A DNA stretch of 63,839 bases, filler included, from Dicyema japonicum (taxonomy: Eukaryota > Animalia > Dicyemida), in the NCBI GenBank assembly GCA_011109175.1. It is 8 parts of 8 records of this genome, joined end to end, with 100 filler letters (N's around TTAATTAATTAA, not from the genome) between each part and the next. Parts side by side here need not be neighbours in the genome. Positions count along the whole stretch, not along the records: positions 1 to 18,263 come from RDEW01000030.1; 7 more parts are not named here. One strand, given 5' to 3'. Both the position numbers and the translations under genes were made by a program. The notes beneath the pieces were generated by a model that was not told where the DNA came from, ran no database searches, and saw only the letters and a program-made list of their open reading frames with translations. Shown one piece after another: positions 1 to 12,099 of this stretch (position 1 is its first letter; every line of letters begins with the position of its first letter).

Positions 1-311
1 TCGGCCCACACATGGTCGAGGCTAATAAAATTACAAAATTTTCTATAGCAGAATCAACTTAAATATACCCAATAAGTTTACCTCTGATATTAAATATTCT
101 GTAGAACGCAAAAAATGAGAGAACCAAAATTAAATAATAAACCACCAAATGTCACAAAGCGATGGTAATCCTCGTGCTGAAAAAAATTTTATTTAAAAAA
201 TATAAAATAGATAAAATCTAATAATTTAAATAACTACTAAAATAACGAGCATAGCTTTAACCAAAATAATTAATTTAAGCCTTGTTCTTTTATCCATATT
301 TTTGAAACTTT

Positions 312-385
312 AACTCTAAACACTAACCCTAAAACCTTTAAATCCTAACCAAAACCCGTAAACATTAACCCTAACCCTTAAAAGT
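312..385. repeat. Degenerate interstitial (TAACCC)n telomere-like repeat patch
   Basis: ctaaccctaaaaccttt...cctaaccaaaacccgtaaacattaaccctaacccttaaa; several imperfect CCCTAA/CCTAA units. Confidence 0.45.
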
Positions 386-429
386 GTAAATTATTAGACA
401 TAATTTATTAATTAATTTACTTAGCGTAT

Positions 430-760
430 TCGATCACTTTAACTCATGACCTGTGAATTCTTTCATCCTCATTGTTATTGAGAAAACAATTTTGGTTATT
501 TCATAGATGGTGCAGTCAAGCTCATCGTACAATGTCATTGTCGCCATGATCTCCTCTTTTAAGGACCTTGTTACCAACTTTTAAAGTTTTTTCGTCATTT
601 CTCCACCTTCTTTTTTTCAATCATATTTTGTCCTGCTACTTGCGTATATATTCTACTCGTGCCTCCTCCTTTTGAATCCCGCTATTACATTTTCCACAAG
701 TAATCACTATTCTTTTATTGTAGTCATAGACTTTATGGACCAAGTATAGACTAAGTTAGA
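430..760 (-). mobile_element. Possible Ty3/Gypsy integrase C-terminal remnant (degenerate)
   Basis: Minus-strand peptide EEARVEYIRK.QDKI.LKKRRWRNDEKTLKVGNKVLKR resembles the post-integrase VGDKVL segment; several stops. Confidence 0.25.
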
Positions 761-1473
761 CAAAAAAATTGGAAGACAAGTTTTTGTTCACTATGAGGCA
801 ATCATACATGCTTAGTATTTCATGATCAAAACTCTCAATTTATGCCAGAAACAAGGAATTTGATTATTTACTTGGCGGTTTAAAGGACTTTTCGATATCT
901 TAATTTCACTGTTTCTCCCTCTCAGTCAAATATTTTCTTTTTCCAAAATTGTAATATTGTGAGTGGTAGATTTGGATATTTTTGAGTATAAAAGCTGACA
1001 TGTTAGCCACCCAATAAAATCAAGTTTTTAGAGTATAGAAGAATTCCATGTCATAAATGTTCAAACTGACTAAAAATATATAAAAACTCATGTTCACTTG
1101 AAAAAAAGTTAATCGCTTTTAATGAAGAATGAATATCTGAGGTTTTAAAAACGATTATACATTTTTGTTGGATATAAAATTTTGGATATAAAAGCTTGCC
1201 AAAGAAGATCAAATCAAATTTTATATCCTTTATGGAAATCTGCTCCATTGCCTTTAATGTTCTGTTAACGTTTTCACGTAAATTAGCTTCAACTTAAATT
1301 TCATCAAAGTTATAATTTTTCGTATTACTACTACTACACGTGCGACTTTTGATTTTAAATTGAAATGCAACTTTGAATTTTATCTATGATTAAATTTTTA
1401 ATTACTCATTACAGTAATTATTTTGGTGGTTAGCCAATTTTAATAAATATTTNATGGATTTTTTTAAATTCAG

Positions 1474-2210
1474 GATGTCGATGTACTCTGAGGACATCAT
1501 TCTCGCAAATGTGGACCAGACCCTTTGGGACCTCGAACGGCCATTGGAGGATGACTGCGAGATATAGTTCTTCACCCTGAGGGGACGCAAGTGTTCTGGC
1601 ACAGCCCAGCCCACGTATTCGGACATGCAGTCGAGATGTATTATCCCGGATCTCTTCTTTGTGTGGGTCCGCCTACAGAAAAGAACTTCTTCTACGACTT
1701 TTTTCTCCCCGATCTAAAGTAAGAGACCAATTCTCATTTTAGACAAAACGGGAGTTCTCAGACAGTCAAGCAGACATTTGATGACACTGCCGTGAATGAA
1801 ATAAAGATGATGGTGGACAGCATCAGTAACAGGTCGTACCCTTTTGAAAGAATAGTGGCCAAGAGAGAGGACATTATCGAACTCTTAAAGGTTGTCTTAG
1901 TGGTGATGGTAGTACAACAAATTCAAATTAGAGATAATATATGATAAACCGGAGAAGACATTTACTGTATATAAATGTAGTGGGCTGATCGACCTTTGTC
2001 GGGGACCCCATGTGAGAAATACGGGGAAGGTTTTTAACAACCAAATTTTAAATTTTTAAAGTCAATAAAGTCAATTTTTGGTCAAAATTTCGTATTTACA
2101 GTCAAAATAAAAATCGTTCTACTGATGACGTAAGAACTCATTAATGCATTCACTGATAATCAACTACTGGAAAGGCGAATTGGATGCATATATGGGGGAT
2201 CGTTGTATGA
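1474..2210 (+). pseudogene. TARS: Threonyl-tRNA synthetase N-terminal (TGS end/editing) fragment, unprocessed pseudogene
   Basis: Peptides [47 protein letters not shown] and degenerate YWKG. In-frame TAG at 1565-1567, a frameshifting deletion of roughly 10 nt just after it, introns 1719-1742 (24 nt) and 1891-1912 (22 nt). No catalytic domain follows. Confidence 0.85.
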
Positions 2211-2339
2211 GTATTGGGGATATGTGGCTATGTGTCATATCTTAGGAATTCAATATGGCGACCATTACATTAACCATAGGCATGAGTCACCCATTTGATA
2301 CAATCCAAAAAATCAAGACTATGCACTTCGAATCCTTAA

Positions 2340-3080
2340 AATACAAAATGTGCTTATTTCCAAAAACGTCACTCGTTAAAGTCAAACTTTACAATTAAAC
2401 TGTGCGAAACAACAATTAAAACTGGAGACGACAATAGTTCACTTAGAAGTATGGGGTACAACCAAGAATGACCCAAGAATATAATGGAAAAGATTGTTTC
2501 GTGTGTGGCACACGTGGAAACTTAATTAGATGTGATCCATGGTGGACGTGTATATGTGATGTGTCGATCATAGTTATACATAGATATTCCTTTCCAAACA
2601 CCACCTGTGGAATTAACGATACAATCCCATGTCATATATGAAATAACATCGACTTCCACCTTCCGCGGTCATGCGCAACCTATCTAAAGTCATCCAAATG
2701 TTCTCCTTANAATACAAAATGTGCTTATTTCCAAAAACGTCACTCGTTAAAGTCAAACTCCACAATTAAACTGTGCGAAACAACAATTAAAACTGGAGAC
2801 GACAATAGTTCACTTAGAAGTATGGGGTACAACCAAGAATGACCCAAGAATATAATGGAAAAGATTGTTTCGTGTGTGGCACACGTGGAAACTTAATTAG
2901 ATGTGATCCATGGTGGACGTGTATATGTGATGTGTCGATCATAGTTATACATAGATATTCCTTTCCAAACACCACCTGTGGAATTAACGATACAATCCCA
3001 TGTCATATATGAAATAACGTCGACTTCCACCTTCCGCGGTCATGCGTAACCTATCTAAAGTCATCCAAATGTTCTCCTTA
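2340..3080. repeat. 370-bp direct duplication (2340-2709 and 2711-3080) joined by a single N
   Basis: Two copies differing at only a few positions, with N at 2710 exactly at the junction; probably an allelic overlap in the assembly. Confidence 0.9.
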
Positions 3081-3240
3081 TTTCATTTTCCTTTTGGCAT
3101 AATTGAGATCAGCATCGAGTATCCCAGGGAGTGTCATTTGTGGGCGTCCACATAAACGTGATCAAGTCTCGTAGAAGTAATCCTCCGTCGCGAAGAGCCT
3201 CCATTTCACATCAGTAACTTCGAGACTCAAAGGACCAGTG
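2990..3240 (-). mobile_element. RTE-clade LINE 3' remnant
   Basis: Minus peptide WRLF..EDYF...GRPQMTLPGILDADL...HDRGRWKSTLFHI*, homologous to the C-termini at 6868-7176 and 41839-42579. Confidence 0.7.
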
Positions 3241-3311
3241 GAGCAAAAAATATAATTTATATATATTTTATACAATTATTTATTTTTTGTTGATTCAATA
3301 TTATTTTATTA

Positions 3312-4754
3312 CAGTCAAACCCCTCTAAACCGATTCCTCTCGGGACCGACAGAATTATCCGGTATAGAGGGGAGGCCGGTATATTGAACAAGTCATTAAA
3401 TTTACTTATAACGAAAAAGTGAAACAGTAAAATTAATAGAAATCTGTCAATAAGGATTGCCTTGTATTTAGCTTCGATTCAGCAATCGCTTTATTGTTCA
3501 GATAGTCTGTTGACGGGATCGAGTAATGCAGGGTCTTGAGTGCAAGCAAAGTGGCAGATTTGGTCTAGCATTTGTTAAACATTTGTGCGTGCTAATTTCT
3601 CTATATGTTTTGGCTCTGTTTGCTTATCAGAATCTAAGCCACTGTCATTATCTTTAGAAGCTGAGACTGTTGGTAATGCTCAACTAATGATGATTCCCAA
3701 TCTTTGGGATTTTCAATGTGTAGTTCCGACTCTAAGTTGACAAATTCTTCTTCTATTATTGGATTATCGACTAGTCTATTCATGAGGGGTATGAACAGTA
3801 AATTAATTCAGGATTGTCGTTTATATCACATATTTTGACTGGAATGCCACACTTATTAAAGCAGAGGGAGATTGTGTTTGATTTCACGTCCATCCAAGCT
3901 GTGCTAGTCCACCGGATAGCATCCAAAAGAGAGAATTTATTTGCAAGTTATGTCGCATTGGTTTCTGTGTCCATTTTGGCAAGAAGTTGAGTCATTAGTA
4001 GTCTTCTGTATCTTTCTTTAAATGCTTTTTCACCACTGATACAATACGACTGGATTGAGTAATAGGACTTCCACCTGCATAACCAGCCAGTGGAAGCTCT
4101 AAAATCATTTTCGCCCAGTGCTTTAGCAAACTCTGTAGCTTTTGCAATAATAATTGGTCCTGACAAACAAGAGCTTTTGGAACGTGCTATCTGGAACCAC
4201 TCCCAAGTGATTTTACTCAAATTTTCAAATTTGCAGTTGTTGTCAAAACGTTTTTTAGCAGAATTTGCGTTGTTATTGAATAATTCCAAATAAATATTAG
4301 CCCTCTTAAGTATGTCTGATACAGTGATGCATCCAACTTTTTGCTGAGAAATTTTTATGTCGGCTTAGGTGTTTGGTTAGATTCATTTATTATTTGAATT
4401 TTCTTCTTTAAAGACAATTCGCAACGTAATTGTTTTCTTTGCGGAGTTATCATCTTTTAGTTTTTGATTTTCTGTCGAGTTGTTCGCAATATATATCTCT
4501 ATCGCTGTTCGCATTTCAAGGTTAAAGACGATTAATAGGATTAGATCAAAGATTGATGTCAGAAGGCCGGTTTATGATAAAAGAAAATTCAAGCTGGGAC
4601 CACAAAATATGGCCGGTATTCAGAATAGAGGAGATCCGGTATATCAAAGATGAAATAGCAGTGATGGCCTATGAGGTGAATCGGGACCAGAAGTTTAGTC
4701 CGGTTTTAAGGGAATTCCGGTATACCGAAGAGTCGGTTTAGAGGGGTTCGACTA
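3312..4754 (-). mobile_element. pogo/Tigger (Tc1/mariner superfamily) DNA transposon, internally deleted
   Basis: TIRs CAGTCAAACCCCTCTAAACCGA (3312) and reverse complement TAGTCGAACCCCTCTAAACCGA (ends 4754); TA on both flanks; ORF 3948-4289 has a CENP-B-type HTH (WFQIARSK..LSGPII..KA..FAKALG...FRASTGWL.RWK..Y.I...ISGE); no DDE domain. Confidence 0.9.
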
Positions 4755-5499
4755 TAATTCATCTGCACGAAATGTCTACTTAACCTTATGGTGGATGGAA
4801 GCACTTGTTTTCCTGTGAAAGTGGACGAGACGATTGGCTCAGTAGAACCAGAAATTATGAACATAGATAGTGTTTGAGGCAGATTCTAATGTAGGTTCAA
4901 AATAGAATATTCCATAACTGAAGAAACCCAGAAATCCGTCAGAAAAATATAGTTAAATTGATTCTTTGTAATAACCTGATATTTAAGTAAGGAAGGCGAA
5001 AAGTTTTTCTCCATTTTTAAAACACATCAGAATTCTTGACAAAATCAAAGGGAATTTGAAGTACTGCATAAACAACAACCATATACAAGCACGTGACCAA
5101 ATATATATATTGACCAAGAATATTTTACCATACCAGATATAATTTTCTAACCTTAAAAAATTTAGTGACGCTATTGATCGAGAATGTGATCTTATGGCAG
5201 GGAAACCTCATAATAAACCCCCAAATGGGAAAAATTAGCACGAAATACACTCCAACCTCGATTTGGGTCACTGTGTGGAAAACCTCGATTTTCTGACTTT
5301 TCACGAGGTAATATAGTGTTTCTTATAAAATGCCTGCACAAGTACGTGGCATAGTGATTAAGTGTCTGACAAAGTGGCTTAGGTCACGCTAGCCTCTCCA
5401 ATTTCTCTTTTGAGGTGGCCCAGGTCCAAGAGTTGTATAAGAGGATTGGTTTGATGAAGGTGTTGTATAACATTATCCTTTGTTTTATGTTATTCCCTT

Positions 5500-5830
5500 T
5501 CCGTTTTAGCCAATAAGTTTTTCAGCCTGTGTAATGCCGCGTTTGCCATGGTTTTTCTCCGTATGATATCTTCACTATCTCCTAACGGGGAGCCAAGTTT
5601 CTTTGTGTCTCCATTTCTCTTCGAGTGAGTTATTCATTCGTCTTATTTCTGTCCGTTCGGTTTTTCCCTGTTCACGGTGAGAAACTATTCCCAAGTATAT
5701 CTGGTGCTTTTTTAGTACATTTTCCAGGAGTTCTTTGTCTTCAGAGATTAGGTCGACATCATCAGCATACATCACTTCTATTTTCCTTGGTCTCATTGGT
5801 ATATTAATTAGTTAATATCACCGAAGATAC
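5500..5830 (-). mobile_element. RTE-clade LINE RT fragment
   Basis: ORF 5575-5796 contains YADDVDLISE..ELLENVL, the RT catalytic motif, then KTERTEI as in the copy at 41839-42579. Confidence 0.8.
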
Positions 5831-6374
5831 TAAAGTCAACACATGAGTTCAACCAAAATGGTTCAATAAAAAACACATAATCACTTAGCGTTGACGCTAT
5901 TAAAGCCGAAATAGTAAGCTTACCTTACAAATTAACAACAAAAAGTGGAATAAAGGATGAGAGGGTGGAGAATAGTTTAAACTTTAAACTGAGGATTTCT
6001 TATAATCTCTCAGATTAAGATACTGAGAACTTAAGTTACACCATAAATTCGTTTAAAAGTGACAAGACTCATTACAAATCTCACAAGGTAAGAAAAATGG
6101 GTTTAAAAGGCAAAAAAGTTTACAGTCGATGGCGCATAAGTGATATACACCAGTTTTGTCATTTTATAAAAAATATAAAGTTTCTGTGTCTCCAATTGTG
6201 TGCTGTTTGTATGATATTGATTTTTTGGGAATTAAAATATAAACAATGTGTGGTCATACAATAATATTATCATGACCTTGAGGGAATACATGGAATATGT
6301 GTCCAAGTTAGAAGAGGTGGAAATTTTGATTTTATATTATAACGTTGAGGTGGTGACGTGCCTCTATTGCACAA

Positions 6375-7200
6375 ATGTCTGAAACGCACTTGAAGCGTTT
6401 GGAAGAGCTTAAAATAACATCTTTCAATGTAAGAGAGATCAGCAAGGTGTGGAAAGATACCTGTTATTTTTGGATCTGGGGAGAATATGGTGCAAACGTG
6501 GGATGCCTACAAGAGACAAAAGTACAGGCTGGAATGGACGAGCTACATAAAGACTATAGACTCATTTTACTACCATCGTCATCAAGACACTATAGGACAG
6601 CGGTTTGCCGTGCACAAGAAACTTGTTCGTGGAATTAAAGGTGTTGGAGTGTTAACGACAGAATCAACGATCGCGCTTAGTTTGCGCCTCTACAATGCTT
6701 TCGTGAAGCCGGTCCTGCTATATAACTCTTTCTGCTGAGAGACCTCGGTTTCAGAAACCAAAAATCTTAATTCCTTCCACCGAAGGCAATTACGAATACT
6801 GTGCAGGGTACAATGGCCGACACGTATCAACAATGAAGCGCTGTACCGAAAGTGCTCAACGCGATCTGTGACTTGGGATGTGGTGGATGCCCGATGGAGA
6901 CTGTTTGGACACGTCCTACGGATGGACCCCACATCACCTGCAAATTTAGCAATGGAGGAATATTTCGCTGCAAGTGGCAAAAAATATCGGGGGCGCCCGC
7001 ATACTACGCTACCGGGGGTGCTGGATGAGGATCTCAAGGCAATCAACCGGAGGCTCGTAAGTGGGGATGAATTTGGATGCTATGAGAAGTTGCCGTGTAA
7101 CAGGGGAGGATGGACGAGATTGATCCGAAAAATTGCTTTACCGTGTGGAAATATAACAGTTATGTTTCTACGATAGTTGCCTATAATAATATAACGTTTA
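6375..7200 (+). mobile_element. Internally deleted RTE-clade LINE (APE N-terminus fused to RT thumb/C-terminus)
   Basis: 6375-6630 gives SFNVRE..CLQETK..YRLILLPSSSRHY..FAVHKKLV (APE start). From about 6660 it reads RLYNAFVKPVLLYN..FHRRQLR...RWRLFGHVLRMD..PANLAMEEYF...RGRPHTTLPGVLDEDL. Confidence 0.85.
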
Positions 7201-7346
7201 AACTAGATTATGGTGCATCTATCGGTTCTTTATTTTGATTTGGCTGTTTACAGATTTCGTAAGACGTGTACATTAACGCAAAATGAACGAAGTTTCTGAC
7301 GGACTCTGAATATCGACACAATCGCTTTATGATAATTCGTTTAATA

Positions 7347-7658
7347 ATAATAAAGCCTTTTCACGAGAGCCATAGTATTTATAGCTCCGCATAGACAGGA
7401 TACACACTTTATTTAAGTAAAGAACAGTTAATTTTAACTAATCGTAGAACCAAGGAATGATCTTCACTTCTTTTTTTTTTTTCTTGTGTGAGTGTCCTTT
7501 CTAGACAATCCAGTTCCGCAGTGAGTATCCACTGATGACGGCGTCACTCGTCAAACCCTTTCTGCATCGTAGATGCGTGGAACCTTCCACCAGGTGAACA
7601 GCAGCGAGATTCGAACCCGTAGCCTAAGCCACTTAAGCCCGACACCTAACCACTGTGC
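7347..7658 (-). mobile_element. tRNA-derived SINE, copy 1, with 12-bp TSD
   Basis: Minus-strand head GCACAGTGGTTAG (A box) ... GGTTCGAATCTC (B box); (TTA)n tail; direct repeat AATTCGTTTAAT at 7335-7346 and 7659-7670; homologs near 40865 and 45484. Confidence 0.8.
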
Positions 7659-9874
7659 AATTCGTTTAATCATTCAAATAAAAAAAATATTCAACTATAA
7701 GCAAAATTTAAACAATTCAACAAAATTAAGAATCTCCATAATTTTAACTAAAGCAGTGGTATGCTGCTCATAAATGATTCCAAATGGGATTTTGATTTGA
7801 TATAATAAGTAACAACGACTCCAGTTATTACCAGTTCGATGACTCCGCATATAATTCCAGTTATTAGATATCTTGGTCGTTTTTTGGAGGTTGATTGTTC
7901 TTCAAAACATCCTTCATCTAAAATTCAGTTGTTTAAATTACCTTTTCCGATGAATCGAAAATTCAAATCATTACGGAAAAGTTGTAACTTAAAAAACAAA
8001 ATTTCGATCGTCAATCCACTGTGGTTTTTTTGTGAAATTAATCCGCAATGATAGTGATTGCCTAATCTAATCCTTTTGAAGTTTCGTTCTAAGCAAAAAC
8101 AGTTTCTTTCCTTCATTTTTCCATCACAAAAAGTAAAATTAAAAATCCGATATCATCATGTTCAATATATGCCGAAATAAATATAAGAGAATGCATACCA
8201 GTCAACACATAATCAATATAAATATTCTCGAATTTATAATATTGTTCAAAATCACTATCGAATAACTCATCAGTTATCTAGGGATAAACGATCACGTATA
8301 CAATATTGTTATTTTCTAAATATGATATTTTGATTTTCCCACTTAGTATTCCTCGGATTTTATGATTTTTATCAAGAACCAATTGGCGTATTTGGGTCAT
8401 TATTTGGGTTACATTCATTTGCTATGTAAATTTTAATAAATACCTCTTCCAGTAAAATATTTTAAAGAACTAGTCTTGTATAATTGTAACTTCATAAAAT
8501 ATATAAAAATAGGAAAACAAGAGGAAAATAAGTAGGGAACGATCCACAGCGGTAATAATCTCCATATTTAGTTATAGGAATCGATATGTTTTTAGTGTAA
8601 CGTTCATCATCTCAAATATAGCAAGAATCATACCATAAACCAGTTCCATTGTTAATTCAACAGTATAAGAATCATCCTTAAATTTTGGAAAAAATGTAAA
8701 GTTTAACGTAAAATCGAGATTATTTATTAAAAGTATCCACTTTTTCGCTTCATTTAAATCGTCATTGAAAAAAAATTTGTCCATCTATAGTTAATGAAAT
8801 ATAGACTCTTTCGTGAATATAGTTAATTTTTGCGACAAATAATAGCCTCCATTCGGATTTTAATTCAATGATTTTGCATAACAAAAAAATACAAGATTAT
8901 TAATTAGCATAAATATTATGTCACATGGGCAAGCGTTACCTATGGGCAGCCTGTTACATTAACCTTGAACCAAGATTAACTTCAATTATTTCAATTAATT
9001 TTATAAATGATTTATTAACCACAAAAAATTAAATTTAAGTAACTTTTTTTAGTCTACTCATTAATACAGTCGATATTTCTCCTTTCGAATTTTTTATCTA
9101 TCAAATTAAACTATTTAAAACTACCTCCACGCGAATATTCGATAAAATATTAATTATTTCTGCAACTGGNNNNNNNNNNNNNNNNNNNNNNNNNNNNNNN
9201 NNNNNNNNNNNNNNNNNNNNNNNNNNNNNNNNNNNNNNNNNNNNNNNNNNNNNNNNNNNNNNNNNNNNNNNNNNNNNNNNNNNNNNNNNNNNNNNNNNNN
9301 NNNNNNNNNNNNNNNNNNNNNNNNNNNNNNNNNNNNNNNNNNNNNNNNNNNNNNNNNNNNNNNNNNNNNNNNNNNNNNNNNNNNNNNNNNNNNNNNNNNN
9401 NNNNNNNNNNNNNNNNNNNNNNNNNNNNNNNNNNNNNNNNNNNNNNNNNNNNNNNNNNNNNNNNNNNNNNNNNNNNNNNNNNNNNNNNNNNNNNNNNNNN
9501 NNNNNNNNNNNNNNNNNNNNNNNNNNNNNNNNNNNNNNNNNNNNNNNNNNNNNNNNNNNNNNNNNNNNNNNNNNNNNNNNNNNNNNNNNNNNNNNNNNNN
9601 NNNNNNNNNNNNNNNNNNNNNNNNNNNNNNNNNNNNNNNNNNNNNNNNNNNNNNNNNNNNNNNNNNNNNNNNNNNNNNNNNNNNNNNNNNNNNNNNNNNN
9701 NNNNNNNNNNNNNNNNNNNNNNNNNNNNNNNNNNNNNNNNNNNNNNNNNNNNNNNNNNNNNNNNNNNNNNNNNNNNNNNNNNNNNNNNNNNNNNNNNNNN
9801 NNNNNNNNNNNNNNNNNNNNNNNNNNNNNNNNNNNNNNNNNNNNNNNNNNNNNNNNNNNNNNNNNNNNNNNNNN

Positions 9875-10290
9875 CATCATCCTCACCATCCTGGCTCACA
9901 TTCGTCTTCCATACCGACAGTTTTCAATTTCAGTCGCCTTGTCGTCCAAATATTTGTGGCAGAGGTCATTCGATCGTTTTCTTATCAAATGTGATATTTG
10001 ATTACGTTTTCTCTGATGCACTTTTATTCGAATTTGAACTCCCCAGTTTCGAACGTATTTCCTTCTGCTGTTGACGACTGTCTGATGGGAGTAAGATAAT
10101 CCGGTAGTTTCCAAAGGTTCCTTCGTATCCGAAGGCATTCTTTGTCTCTTGTTAGCAGCAGATGTTGATTTTGTAACGTGACAGATCTTCAGATAGTTGT
10201 TCCTTCTTGAATAGAAATGAGAGGCCTCGAACGTTGTATGTGGCGATAGGGAACAAGGAGTTTGAATCTAAGCATGATAAAGACATATTT
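9875..10290 (-). mobile_element. RTE-clade LINE linker-region fragment, running into a gap
   Basis: RNQISHLIRKRSNDLCHKYLDDKATEIEN...GRRM resembles the RTE APE-RT linker, comparable to 42960-43010. Confidence 0.55.
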
Positions 10291-10456
10291 TTTCCGGTGA
10301 AAAACAGAAGCACGTCACCACTTCAACCTATTTTTACAGTTGTGAAATAAGTTCAGATGAAACATACAACACTTAAGTGTTTTCCCAGTTGATTAAGTGT
10401 TGACACTTAAGTGTGCACTCCATATTTATACTCCACATACATGCTCTTCAACGTTT

Positions 10457-11150
10457 TAACCGTAACCGTAAACACTTTATTCAAAGGAATTAAGGAGTAG
10501 TTTAAGAGCTTATTTACGAGTCCGCCTATGCGGCCTGGACTCTTCCGATTTACCCCATCTCCATTTTAATCTCGTCCTAGCGTCGGATCTCATCGATCCT
10601 CTTTTCCACAATATATTTGACCGGTGCAAAAATCTTGTCTTCTTCCGTACTGAGGACATCAAATAGCTTTTTCCCCAAGGTCAGCTTTATTGCTGACCTT
10701 CTCGATTTTTCCATAAGTAACATAATTCTATCCCTTTGGCGAGAGAAAAACCATGCTTCGCACCCATATAGTAGCTCTGGTTGAATAATTCTCATGAAGA
10801 TAAACAAGAATGTCTCTAAGCTTACGAACAACTTGCTTGTACAGAAAAGCGCTTGCAGTGCCTTCTTCCTTCTTCGTCTGATATCCTCCATGAATGAACC
10901 TTCCCCATCGATAACGATCCCGAGGTAGCGAATTTACTTTTGGAATACCAAGTGAGTAGGGCTGCGCACGATGCCTCCGTAAGCGACTGACTCTCAAGTA
11001 GCTGACTTCTCAGTGGAAAGTTTCATCCCTCTCTTGGAGCACCAGTCCTGTACTTGGTCAATGAATGACTTGATTTCGTTTAGACAACAATCAAGACTGA
11101 GGAAAAGACTGGAAGTGGAGAAGAGGATTGAGGCAGGACTAATTAATTAA
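10457..11150 (-). mobile_element. Jockey/L2/CR1-group LINE 3' portion with 3' UTR hairpin and (TTACGG)n tail
   Basis: Peptides DQVQDWCSKRGMKLSTEKS and RIIQPELLYGCEAW; hairpin GAGTCC..GGACTC at 10518-10542; minus end AATAAAGTGTTTACGGTTACGGTTA. Confidence 0.7.
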
Positions 11151-12099
11151 ATCTCCTATTTTCTGTTTAAATAAAGTGGTTGTTGTAGTTTTCAGCTGCG
11201 ATGAAATTTTAGTTGTCAATCTCTACCAAGCTCCCCGATTTTAGCTAGCGACGAGTCTTCTGATTTCACATCATTTTTTTGTATTTTCAGGTCATTTCCT
11301 ATGAAAATTGGCACAAATATCAGTTAGGACGACTAGAATTTATTGTGTTCTTGATAACTCCGAGTAACAGTCGTTTAGTTCGATAAGATCTTTCATCCTC
11401 CTCCTCCAAAGTGTGGTCCTTAAACATTTATAATAGGAAAATAACTGATATTGGCCACTTAGAAGTATTTGGATGAAACCAATTTATCACTCATCCGCCA
11501 AATGTGGAGTATTTCAGGAGGAAATATTGAATGAATATCAAATCCGAGCTCGTGACGCTTGAAACACCGAGTAGACTTATTAATCGATATTTACGTGGTT
11601 CTCGTAAAGACTGCAGGCAATCTTCGTCTCCTATAGACGGTCAATAGAAACATCATATCTACGTCACCACAGATTGTCTGCCTTGACTAAGCCTTGGATT
11701 TACCCCAAGCATTAATTGTAAGGGGTTTCTTTTAAGGAGCTTTGGAGTCAATTAAATAATAAAAATAAAACAGCACTTTTAGCCAGAGCCATAATACATA
11801 TAGCACAGGCAGGACACACACTCTTCACTGTCACAGAAGACCATCAAAAACCAGATAAATTGGTAGAAGACGACGCCATTCGTTGCAGTTGTAAGAACCC
11901 CTCCAAACAAAAATCATCAATCAAATAGCCTCCTGAGAGAGGAACAGCGTAGCTACTGGTCAACGATGGAGACATTGAAGTAGCAATAAACAAAATCTTC
12001 TCAACAGTTGTCAAGGAGATGAGCACCACGAGCTACACGTGAAAGAAATGCATGACCCAATAAACTGGTTGTAAAGAGATTTTGGTATCGTTTGCCTTG

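Noticed and set aside
1565-1567. TAG reassignment to a sense codon, suggested by the ThrRS in-frame TAG
   Set aside because: The same fragment has a frameshifting deletion and is truncated, and no intact gene needs TAG read-through.
2340-3080. 370-bp tandem duplication as a real repeat
   Set aside because: A single N lies exactly at the junction and the copies are almost identical, typical of overlapping allelic contig ends. The same applies to 60560-60767.
7600-7660. Functional tRNA gene
   Set aside because: There is no complete cloverleaf or acceptor stem, and it continues into a multi-copy body with tail and TSD, so it is a SINE head.
8100-9169. Possible membrane-protein gene upstream of the gap (ORF 8572-8784)
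   Set aside because: It is AT-rich with no recognisable motif or consistent exon chain, so it cannot be supported.
9101-9899. Long ORFs in the supplied track (9101-9899, 59153-60218)
   Set aside because: They consist almost entirely of N-gap codons.
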